Positions 26,771 to 36,921 of a DNA stretch of 36,921 nt are shown one piece after another (within the stretch, counting starts at the first letter, position 1; every line of letters begins with the position of its first letter). Origin of the DNA: Catajapyx aquilonaris (Eukaryota). The stretch covers positions 1-36,921 of the forward strand of contig JYFJ02003848.1 of NCBI GenBank assembly GCA_000934665.2, read 5' to 3'. The translations under genes and the position numbers were made by a program. Under the pieces are notes generated by a model. That model did not search any database. It was not told the DNA's origin and saw nothing but the letters and a program-made list of their open reading frames with translations.

Positions 26771-28470
26771 CTGACTATGTGGACGTATCACATTGTGCCA
26801 CAATATTACTGTTGTGGAATCCACAGGCTTTTCCACTGACGCCAAGCAAACACAAGAAGGCAAGCAGACAGCACTTGAGGATCACACCGCACGACAGCAC
26901 ATAATTATATGCATGTGCACAAATCAATACATTCTCACACCCATTGAATCAGATTTATTAGCCACAACCTATACAGCAGTTCGAATAATTCACCAGGTCA
27001 TATGGCGGTAAAAGTTGTCAGGGTGAAAATCCTGTGTAATCAACTCTTTCCGGAAAAGTGTGGAAAAATCAGACAATATTACTATCCCTTACACGCTGAC
27101 CACACCATCATTATTGTACAGAACATGCTAACACCTAATACCGGTATTACATCTGGTTAGAATGAGAACTAAATGTGATAGTTGCTTCTTACTCCACACA
27201 CAATTTCAACAAAATGGCAGAGCTAACAGTGAATCTGGATATAAAATTATGGAACGAGACTGAAGGAAGACTATACCTTATGTACGCAGTGATAGATTTG
27301 GGACAAGCTGTATAATTATTAGGCCAGCCATTTTAGGTGAAAACATCAAATTAATTTTAGTAATAGAAGTGCGTTTGTCGACTCGGAAAACCATTGCAAA
27401 CAACATGTGAAAAGTCTCTGAAAATCTAAGCCAGACGCCCAACACGAGAGGTGCACTAACCCATTCATTATGAGTAACACGGGCATGCGCATATTTCATT
27501 AACCTATACCTTGGACTGTTCCGTATGCAATTATAAATCCACGATATCGTTGGGCCACTTTTTGTGTCATCGACCGTTCACAATTCCTACTAATAATCCA
27601 ACGATACGTTATACGGAATACCCAAGTGTTAATGTGAATACCTGAAATGTAAAATGATCAGTCACAAATGGGTTACATCACTTGGTCCTAATTAACCCGA
27701 CATGACATCTTCATTTGAAGGAATGCATGTCAAACAACCAGGCTGTGCCATGCATCGCATGGCACACAGAGAATAAATACCACAATTCAATACTCCATAG
27801 GCCTATGAGGCACCCGGCTCAACAAGGGCAAATCAGAGAGTTTCCTTGAAAAGACAGCATGTTCTAACTGTTTGATACATGGCTAACTATAATTACACGT
27901 AAAGAGAATGCAAATAATGCCGGATCTTCAATTATTACCTGAAAATATTTGCGCCATTGATGAAAAGATTTGATATGAACGGCCATTTTCACCACCTAGA
28001 AAACATATGGTGGTTTTCAAAATAATGGTCAGTACAATCAATCCGATCCAGGACCATCAGGTGGGGTGCACTACAGGAATGTGCTGTCTAATAATCTTCC
28101 AGATTGACCTCTGGTATGATATTCAGTAATTGGCGTATATTCATTGGCTCTCGACTTCCTCATATATGCGCACATATGGAGTGATACGCAACCAGTGGAC
28201 CTAATTACTATAGTGACGCAAGACACTACGAAGAACGATGAAGACGATGATCAACAATGAAGACGAAGCGGACTAGAGAGTCACTTACCATCCCATTGTT
28301 GCCAGACGCAACCAACATTTGACGACAACGCAATGAGAAACATCAGCTGCCATCACAACACATATCCACTATGACGGAGCCGGACGAGGGACGAATTAAC
28401 AACTGGTTAAGAGAACATAATGTATTGTTTCACCTTTAGTACGTCTCGCACCTTTGCAGACGATAGATGA
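23501..28470. repeat. Short dispersed direct duplication: 23501-23552 with 28424-28470
   Basis: Identical 19-mer ATTGTTTCACCTTTAGTAC followed by alignable sequence. Confidence 0.75.
27500..27780. repeat. Third copy of the cassette at ~25230-25520 (also matches 19118-19320 and 22295-22390 in part)
   Basis: GTTGGGCCACTTTTTGT.TCAT shared with 22351-22372. AATTCCTACTAATAAT...GTTATACGGAA...AGTGTTAATG.GAATACCTGAAA.GTAAAATGATCAG shared with 25310-25392. Confidence 0.9.
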
Positions 28471-29897
28471 CCCTCTTTATTTCTTCAATAAGAGAAATCC
28501 TGAAGGGACGGGGCAGAAAACGAGGGGCAATTATGATGAGCACTGATTAAGGCGAGGAAGGGACCGGCTCAGATATATATTTGAACGACCATTTTCTTTC
28601 TGACCAAAGTCGCAGTAACAGACATAATAGTTTCATGCGAATTCATGAGGTATTTTCACAGCAGGATGCGCGGTGCACTGATGACCAACATGATGACGTA
28701 GGGTTACAATGGCGGATGGCACGGAAATACATGTCGAAATGAAACCTTGTTTAACATTCTGTCCAATAAAACAAGTGCGTCATTCCTTCCTCTCTATGCC
28801 CAAAATCTTCTTACTTCTTGCACGTACCCACACAGTGAAATGGCCAATTTCGGAAGTCCATAATATTTGGGCAAAGAAAGGCATGAAAGTCACACATAAC
28901 GGGCTTCTTGTGCGCAACAATAGTATTACAAAAAAGCGACATTACAAGTTACTTTCCACATATCCACACATATCCTTTCTGAAAACAATCGAAAATTTCG
29001 AGCAAATATTTTCTCTTTGCGTCCAGTACTGCAACAGGGACAGGTATAACGTATAATAAGTTAATTATTTTTGAGCAAAAGATGGGAGCAAAATTTACTC
29101 CGGCTGACCACGAGCAGAAGGAAACGCCACAAATAATGAAATGGTTTTATTCCGTCAGGGGCACGTAGCCCAGCACTGATGGGAGGACTGATGAGCGATA
29201 TTAATAAAAATCTCAGTGACACCACTGGATTCTGTTTCTCCTCCGGGATTCACCCAACTCGAGTCGACATATTCTAAACACACCAGAAGAGATTAATACG
29301 AAATACATTTAACATCAAAAAGGGCTACTAATTGTAACAATTAATATAACAATATACCTTCGTTTACGCCGTTTTGAACCATTCCCACCAGCGACGAAGA
29401 ACATAATCACAGTTTTACACCAAACAATTACTGCAAGAAGCACAAGCATTGCTGCATGAAACGCAGCCAAAGCTGTAGGAACCATTTCTAAGCATATTCT
29501 TGTCCCATAATAACAATTCGTAGCGTGACTTCTTCCTGTCGGAAACACTCTCCATCCTCTTTCATAACCACTAACAACATTGCACACTAGTGCATTGAAT
29601 CCTGATGAAAGAGGAGCAGCTATACAACATTGCATGTCAATTAATTAAGTACCTGGAAGCATTAGCTGGAAGCACATTTAGCATTGTCCACCACTTGCTG
29701 CACCAAAATTTTGCAAACAACTTGGAACTCATACCTAAGTAATGCCGAGACTGATTTATTTATAGTGTTTTCCTTGTTATACAAACCAAGTAGAGCCTCA
29801 TGTTGAAGGGCGGCAAAATACCTGTGAATATATATGGGATTCAAAATAATGTCCAGTCATCAAAAAGACCCCATGTGTTTAGTCTCAAGTCAAGTCT

Positions 29898-32610
29898 TCA
29901 CCTGAATCCTGCAGCCCATTGATTTTTCGCATAAACAATTAGACACGGCCACATCACGTGAATTAGTACTGGCTCACGATTCTTTACACATGTTTGTGCG
30001 ATAAAAACATAATCATTTCCTGCTTATTCATCGTAGTCTAAAGACACCATTACATATTAAGTGTACGAATTTGACAAAAAGCAGACAGCTGGAGCTCTTG
30101 CAACTGCACCAGCAAAAAGAGCACTGATGATGCACTATCTATCACATCTACGGCCACATCTATTGGTGCTGCGGATAGCCCAAACCCTACAAAAGTAGCA
30201 GTTTTCCATCAACACAACAGCGAAATAGGCTCAGGCGTTCTCCAGGATTACAACAACTACAATTTTTAAAACAAAATATACAGGTATACATAGTTACGAA
30301 ATGAGAGTCGTAGCCCCTATTATTATCGATGTACTAGTACCGTCCTTCACGTACAACTTGCCCCGCCTCGTACCAGCTTGTTTGCTAGTACCGAAACTAT
30401 CACAGGGAAGTCATACTCACAAAAAAAATTATGTAAATTGCAAAACATATGACTCCGGTTTTGGAAGATGAATCCCATGAGACACACTCGCCATGGCTAA
30501 AAGTGATAAGAAATATTTCGTCATTTCACAGGGGTTATTCTCTCATAATGGCAGAGAAACACTTGCAGGAGCCAGCATACAATTATTTTTCGTGCATGAC
30601 GTTGAACGAGAAAGATATGCTGCGACGCATTGATGCACATATCATTAATGGCACGAGTGCCTTCTACACTGCCATGTGGTTCATGTCAGCTTTATTCCCG
30701 CTGGAAGGTCATACCAATTTCTTTTCCTCTGCGTAAACAACCCGAATAATTACATGGAACACACGTCATAATGAATCAATATTTATTTCGAAAAGATAAT
30801 ATATTGCGCTAATAATGTTAATGTTACTTTCGGAAATAAACTATAGCAACCGCGCAACACTTCACATCAGAAACAAACCTCGCGTAAATCAGCACCAGAT
30901 GACTCATTTCAAACATGTTACAAATATTACCTGATGAGCACCAGAAATTCACCAGCAAGGGAAGACACAGTCTTGCTGTCACTCAAACGTCACAAAACAC
31001 TAGCAGATGACCATACATTGTGCACATATGACCAAAAGTACACCAGGTAATGCTTCAAGTGGGTTTCCGATGTAAATTCCTTCAGATTACATTTGCGAAA
31101 AATGGATGACAATTTCTGAGGAAGGATAGGGGAAACAATCATGAGGTTTCGAATCATCTGTAGAACTATATCTCACGGAAATTCACTGGACATTAGCAGC
31201 TGCTTAGCATTTTCATGTGCAACGTGACAAGCCTTTGACATCATGCACCATAACTACAGTTCTTTCCCTTCATATTTGGTTTTCACTCTCCGCAATTGAC
31301 AGCTCCACTCGTCACTTGTCGCCATACGATATGAGTGAATTAAATGAGAGACCATTCAATTTTCCGTGGCGACTCACACAGACGCAAACAAAAATCATTA
31401 AAGAGGCAAAGTTGTGCCTATAGCTGCGGCCCCTCATTCATACGTAATAGCCTCGAGCGATGTTAGTTGATCAATCTTGCAGATAAGTTATACAGCAAGC
31501 TCAACCGCGAGAAACTTTCAGCGAGAAAACACATCATGTCCTGCTCACTGCTCCTATCCAACATTATTCCCGGACATTCTTTGGTTCCTTGCAACACGAA
31601 AGAACATTATAACAGCATGGTATGAAGAACCATTCAATCCATCTCGGTCTCACATACCAACTAGTAAAGTGTATATTGGCTATTAAAGTCTGCCACAATA
31701 TGTACGGAATTATCAACCAAGATGCCCCTGGAAAATGCAGAGAATTACAAAGGCACAGTTCGACATTGGGACAAATGTTGATCAACACATGTTGACCCAT
31801 CCAGTCCAACACATTCCCAGGGCATTAATTGTGGAGGTTTTGTGTTCACCCAACAAACCATCATTATTCCAGCATGGTACGTGAATTCCTCAGCTATTTT
31901 TCACTTATACTTATGACTGATGTGACGGACTAAACGAAGGTCGTTCACTCCCCATTTACCACTACTGTTCCTAATAACCACTTACTTCGGCTCAACAAGA
32001 AGAAACAAAACATTACACTTTATGAGCAGTGCCAATGAATGCCCACCAGCTGCCTGGCATGTACAGCAGATTCATGCAGTCCTGTTGCCAATTACACATG
32101 TTACCATGCCACCAGACATTACACTCAGACTAGCAGGGAAGTCAGTATGAAATCTCTGTGAATTACTTAACAATCAAATCTCTGAGTCAGGCCAGAACAT
32201 CTAACATTGCAGTGACAGTGACATAATCATCTTGTAAACCAAACGACTGACGAACGTGAAGAAAGACACTCTCGCACACACTTATTCTAATTCGGCCTTT
32301 GTGTGCGAGAACAAGACGTATGGCCCACCGAAAAGGAGGCGTGCAACGCCAAGTACTCAGATAATGAATATCACACACAGGAAAAGCCTGCGAAAAGGTT
32401 TGGGACAATATCCATGTTGAAGTCTATTCAGACCACAGAACTATACAATCCCAAGGAAGAATTCACCTGAATCCTGAAGTTTATGCCATTACACATGGCC
32501 GCACACGGTTCTTTACACAGCAAGATTGGGTGAGAAAATATCATCTCCTGCTTACTCATCACAGGTTAAAAACACACCATCACACATTAAGTGGACGCAT
32601 TTCACCAATA
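29898..32610. repeat. Direct duplication: ~29898-30080 and ~32462-32610
   Basis: Shared TTCACCTGAATCCTG, CACG.TTCTTTACACA, ATCAT.TCCTGCTTA.TCATC and ACACCAT.ACA.ATTAAGTG.ACG.ATTT.AC. Confidence 0.88.
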
Positions 32611-33186
32611 CAAGTTCAGCCAGCTACCAGAAAAGTTGCATACCTTCAGCCTATACTATTACTGCTATAAGTAACGACTGAGAGGCTTTATTGTCATAAT
32701 AATTCATAAAACTGCATACGTCCTGAAGCCGCAGAAAATGTACCTAGAGTAGCTACCGCTACTTTTCACTGGTACACTGATGCTGGTACACTACATCCCA
32801 TGCAAGATTCTGGGCCTGCAAAGTATGATGATAAAGAGGGCAAAAAGATGTGGCGTGGCTGTAAAACATGACCACGCTTGAGTAGGCCTAGCAACAACAT
32901 GGTGAGGATGGGTAACAGAACAGGCATCATACACTGGGACTCCCCCGTCTCCACACGTAGGCAGCAGCACCCGCCCTCTTCCTCTCACAGTAGGGTGTGG
33001 CTGTGGGGTCTGCCCCTGGTGTGGGTCTGCCCCTGGGCGAGACTAGGAGAGAGCCAGACTTGCACTTCTCATGGGAACAAAAAAAGAAAGAGAGGGTAAC
33101 AGCGCCTTGACGCCAAGGGTGGTGGTGGGAAGGGGGAACTACCACAGTTCAGCCCCCCGACGCCAGGTGTCTTCACTCGACGCGTG

Positions 33187-33225
33187 AAAAACATGGCGGA
33201 TGGCAGTGGAGGCAGCCATCTTTAG
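33187..33225 (-). promoter_or_regulatory. Candidate promoter/TSS with two opposed YY1(Pho)-like motifs
   Basis: AAACATGGCGG on plus (33189-33199) and AAAGATGGCTGCC on minus (33223-33211), in a GC/CpG-rich patch at the right edge of the TE-free region. Confidence 0.45.
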
Positions 33226-33962
33226 TCCACTGCGATTCATATTGATTGATTTTAGAGTTTTATGGCGCACCAGCATTCAATGGCTACACACCGGTCGTCA
33301 CGTTTGCCAGTAGCATCACCATCTAAAAGATTGCAACCATCCGTTACATGGCAGTGAACACTGCTGCAAACTTCATAACATTGACATTATAAAAACCATT
33401 TAGTAAAAAATGCACTTGTGCCACAAATCAAATGCTTATTGTTAACAATTATTTTTTCCCAATAACCAGACTTTTAAAAGATGATCCCCAATATTTCCAA
33501 TGGAATGTATGTCTAATACCAGAGCGTCTTGTGACACAGACGATTACTCGTCGGATTCCCTTGACGGCGATCTCTGGAGAAATATTGCCGACGACATTGA
33601 TTTCACTGTTATGGGGCCACAGCAGCAGCGGATACACTGCGCCAGTAACAAAGTTACTTGTATAAACATTATGCTATTGTTTTAACTTGGTGGGCAATGA
33701 GAGCAACTGAAGGGTTTGGTGCAAAAACAGGATAAGTCCACACAATTTGTTACTTTCGAGGAAACAAAGGAAAACTGAATTTCCTGCAAATTTTTAAAAT
33801 GTTTCTATGATCCTTTTTTGGTTGTTGTGGACGGTATTTGGACCGGCAAGGCACTACTGTTATTAGCATACCTCACGCTGTGTTTATTTGGTGGTTAACT
33901 CTCGTGTCTGCGATTATTTCGTGTTTATATGTATTATCAATATCCTGTCATGACTCTGGCAG

Positions 33963-34125
33963 CCTGTGATGGGCACTAAATACTTGAATGTAATGAAATG
34001 CTAAATACTAACTACTAAATAAAAATGTAATTAAGTGCTAAATACTTAATACGGCATAAGTAATTACTGTAGATACTAAATACTAAATACATCAAAAGTA
34101 TTTAAATACTTTTGTAAATACATTT
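33963..34125. mobile_element. hAT-type MITE fragment with subterminal (T)ACTAAATAC repeats
   Basis: Starts CTGTGATGGGCA, resembling CAGTGATGGGCA hAT termini, followed by many CTAAATAC/AAATAC repeats. Confidence 0.55.
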
Positions 34126-34189
34126 CAAATGCATTTTCTGTTAATATGCAAGACATTAGGCTTAAACAACCGTCTTGGTAAAGATATAT

Positions 34190-34400
34190 GCATTTTTCCA
34201 TTCACAAAAAGTCGTAGGTGCTGGATCACAATAAATCCATTACCGTGACAATCCCTTCCCGTAGGTGACGGAGATACATACCGGATCATTTCACCATACA
34301 GGTATCTCCACGAAAATGTCCATCGGGGTATGATCTGGGCTTCTGGGGGGCTATAGGCATAGGGAAAATTCTCATTCAAGACTTCGCACACCGGGAGGCA
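34190..34400 (-). mobile_element. Degenerate Tc1/mariner-superfamily transposase C-terminal fragment
   Basis: Across frameshifts: PVCEVLNENFP / PPRSPDHTPMDIF / WRYL / RHLREGIVTVMDLL. This matches the WPPRSPDLTPxDFFLWGYLK catalytic-region motif. Confidence 0.72.
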
Positions 34401-34902
34401 GATATATTTTTTTGAATACTTTTTCCAAACTGTAATGCACATTGTGGTGCTTGAAAACATTGACTATCAGTACTTAATGTAATAGTAATAGTAATTTATT
34501 CCCTTGTATACACCTACTGGTGTTTTAAGGGCGACTCTCATGTGTACATTTTACATTATAGCGTCATGTCACAAAATTTCAGGTATCGCACCACAACCAC
34601 AAAAGAATTATACAGTTTCTGTATGGCATAAATTGGCATCTGTCCAAACAAGGTATATAAGTACTTAATGGCTGCACGAACTGTTTCATCAAGGCGAGCT
34701 TGATATGGTAGCTCTAAGGCTCTAAGCCTAATATTCTAAAGCCATCCTTATTGTAAATAGTAATGGGTGTCCCAAGGGGTTAAACACTCGACTGTGTCAG
34801 AGTTATGGCGACCAGACCATAATAGTCAAGTGCATTTAGTCGATATTTACCCACAACCATTTTTACACCATTTATACCTCTGCGTTGCGTGGTTGCGTAA
34901 CT

Positions 34903-35146
34903 ATACAGGGTGCGGAATCTACCAATTTATGCGGATTTTTGCTTCGCGTGCAGTCACTTGGATTGCCATAACTCCAGGAGGATAAGTACAAATGGGTGCG
35001 TTGGATGCCTATTTTAACTCTCTGTGAGATGGTCATACTGATGATTACGAGAATCAAAAATATGAAGTTAAAAATTGGCGGACCAATTTTGATTTTGGTT
35101 TTTCTCAAACTTGGCCACTTTTGAGATTTTTTTTGAATGACCCTTA
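34903..35146. mobile_element. Probable Tc1/mariner-derived MITE remnant
   Basis: Begins TA-CAGGGTG and ends ...TTTTTGAATGACCCTTA (a degenerate CACCCTGTA). Internal palindrome AAAAATTGG-CGGA-CCAATTTTT. Confidence 0.4.
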
Positions 35147-35851
35147 AAAATATTCTCCTCCACATTGTTGTTATTGCAACGTGTAGTACCACAACATGCC
35201 CATGAATCTGCACTTTTCAATCCCCGAATCCTCTCCTCAATGTCTGGGTGAGAACCCAACCAGTATCATTGCTGCACCTTCAGAAAGTATACAGTGAATA
35301 AATTCCTCTCATTTGTTGTATGTTCTATAGATAATAATCCATCGCAAATTATTTCGAAAAGTAATTCAGATGCAAGTGTGACACCCTCTGACGTAAATGC
35401 CCATCCAACAAGTCTCTTATTCGACATGCAGCACATGGGCATTGGATATGTACGTGAATATTGTCACCAATAAATCAGTGGAGCAAGTTGTTACAGAGTA
35501 GCAACCTATCAGGGTGACAAAGATCTATTGAATTTATCATTCAGTATTATAGTATGCTACAAGAATTTTAATGTTGTAATTAGGCAACAAAAGTTAAACG
35601 ACTTCATATTTTGTCAGTAGAACACCTGCAAGTGTTCTGGTGACTTTGACACATAATTATAGGCTTAGGGAAGTCACATAATTACACCATAATTATGAAT
35701 GTGACAAAATGTAGCGTGACTGTTTAACCCATTCACTAGGATACTCAAGCTCAATCCGCCAGCCACCGAAGCACACCTCAGGCTGACGTTGTATAGTTCT
35801 CCATGGTAGGAATAAGAGGCCCTCGGTTTTTGTCTCATTGTATATGAAATG

Positions 35852-35926
35852 GGTTAGCTTGCATCTCCCTTCATCGCTGACTACCCCTCATAGGGAAATG
35901 TCGTGATGTTGTTGTTGTTGTTGTTG
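35852..35926 (+). mobile_element. 75-bp 5'-truncated SINE/LINE 3' end with (GTT)n tail and target-site duplication
   Basis: Flanked by TTGTATATGAAATG at 35838-35851 and 35927-35940; ends in a GTT microsatellite. Confidence 0.8.
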
Positions 35927-35944
35927 TTGTATATGAAATGCCCT

Positions 35945-36600
35945 TTTATTATATCAGCAAGGGTTCCAGGGTACTCCACCTCTGTTCCACAGCTAAGCGA
36001 GACGGACCACTTATCACAATGATCTGGTCGTCCGGATATGCCTGGAGGTGCAACCCAGGACATTCACCTTCCAGTACTCGATGGAACCAATCATTCATGG
36101 AAATAGGAGGCCACTTGGGGGACTCTTGTGAGGGGCAAACTGCGTGCGGTCATGGCTCAGGGTCACGTAAGAGGTCAACCGAGGAGGTGACCTCGATTGA
36201 GAATAAAAGGACGGGAAGGTCAAATCAGAAGTCGGAATGATACCTTATTTTATGTATATTTCGTCCTCCTCTCAGAGGATAATGTATGGCCCAATGAAGA
36301 AAAAATTCAATGCTACAACATCAGCACATCTGTCGAAAGAAGAAACAGTTCGCATCAGTTTCGTATGACCTCATGAACTTGAGTCTCTCCCTGTCGAGGA
36401 GTGTGTTGATTAAAATCAGATAATTCATGGAAATTATTACAGACCCGAGGGCCTGCATGGGTAGATAAATATAATTTTGGTGGAATATTTATCGATCTGC
36501 TCGGTCCAATTCCTTGCGATACCGGTACTGTACTTTTTCCCAGAATTACTCTGATAACATCCTCCTTCCACATTCTGACATCTGATAAAACCCCGCAGCG
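35945..36600 (-). mobile_element. Decayed non-LTR retrotransposon reverse transcriptase, R1-like
   Basis: Minus-strand translation CPSQESPKWP...LHLQAYPDDQIIVISGPSRLAVEQRW corresponds to the GCPQGS and QAYADD motifs. Upstream sequence is weakly RT-like with many lesions. Confidence 0.75.
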
Positions 36601-36824
36601 AGCGCCTGGTATAGGAATGAAGGCGCCTGGTGTGGAAATGGGGGAAATTACGTGGTATACAGGGTATATGTGTCTGGTAATTGGGGAAATTATATACAGA
36701 ACGTAGTTGGGGGGTCTTTAGGGTATCGAGTGTGGTTGGGCCACGTCAATGCTTGGGTGAAACATGTTCTTGTTGCAAGTGCTGGTCCTTTGCTCCGTGG
36801 CCATGGCCATGTTTGGTGGCCACA

Positions 36825-36845
36825 CATCATCATCATCATCATCAT
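36825..36845. repeat. (CAT)7 microsatellite
   Basis: Directly visible; explains the poly-His in ORF 36681-36875. Confidence 0.95.
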
Positions 36846-36921
36846 CGGGTGTTGGGAAGAACGTGTCTGGTCTGATGGGAGAGCAGGAGAAGAGGAAGGG
36901 TGGGGAGGAAGGAGAGTGGTG

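Larger units (their letters stand above)
4746..33225 (-). other. Putative intron-dense transcription unit (microexon array; lncRNA or decayed gene), product unknown
   Basis: T/G-rich minus strand with many pyrimidine-tract+YAG acceptors closely followed by GT donors. Regular 64-82 nt introns at 32286-32815, 25137-25372 and 22568-22651. Splice-like junctions sit at homologous positions in duplicated cassettes. No long ORF. Confidence 0.45.

Noticed and set aside
25308..27641. Protein-coding constraint on the repeated GI(H/R)INTxVFRITY exon
   Set aside because: Between the 25.3k and 27.6k copies I count 2 synonymous and 4 non-synonymous changes, and the 19.1k copy has separate 1- and 2-nt gaps. 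This is compatible with neutral drift.
28677..30950. Several CTGATGA motifs suggesting hammerhead ribozymes
   Set aside because: None has a stem II followed by GAAA and the flanking stems.
32297..32794. Mirtron cluster explanation for the short introns
   Set aside because: The intron I checked in detail (32474-32555) gives only a partial local stem, not an end-to-end hairpin, and I saw no obvious full hairpins in the others. Not folded computationally.
32860..32930. Signal-peptide-like MMPVLLPILTMLLLGLLK (also the hydrophobic ORF 29315-29635)
   Set aside because: No good donor joins it in frame to the microexon run, the paralog at about 15270 does not conserve the peptide, and T-rich strands give hydrophobic translations by chance.
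4606..33145. The many 60-147 aa ORFs in the central domain
   Set aside because: Short, overlapping on both strands, often with non-ATG starts and no recognisable motif; consistent with chance.
1..36921. CRISPR array, tRNA, rRNA or prokaryotic operon
   Set aside because: No regularly spaced identical repeats, cloverleaf, rRNA similarity or gene-dense ORFs were seen; the content is eukaryotic.

Overview
Eukaryotic, probably arthropod DNA (inferred from an arthropod-type U2 snRNA fragment; a chelicerate such as a tick is plausible but unproven). There is no intact protein-coding gene, and most of the ORF track is noise. The left flank (1-4532) holds transposon debris: a MITE-like end, a degenerate Academ-like transposase, a (TA)n tract and a 5'-truncated Utopia/NeSL-type RLE non-LTR retrotransposon. 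The Utopia copy ends in 20 nt of U2 target sequence, is interrupted by a 361-bp solo LTR with a GAAG TSD, and has a 41-bp inverted repeat in its 3' UTR. The right flank (~33240-36921) holds hAT/Tc1-mariner remnants, a short TSD-flanked retro-insertion and a decayed R1-like RT. The ~28.6 kb between them has no recognisable TE and no long ORF. It is strand-skewed, contains shuffled same-orientation internal duplications and has a YY1-motif promoter candidate at ~33.2 kb. On the minus strand it shows runs of 1-65 nt exon-like pieces separated by 64-82 nt intron-like pieces. My best reading is an unusual, partly decayed microexon-array transcription unit. This is inference and needs RNA evidence.
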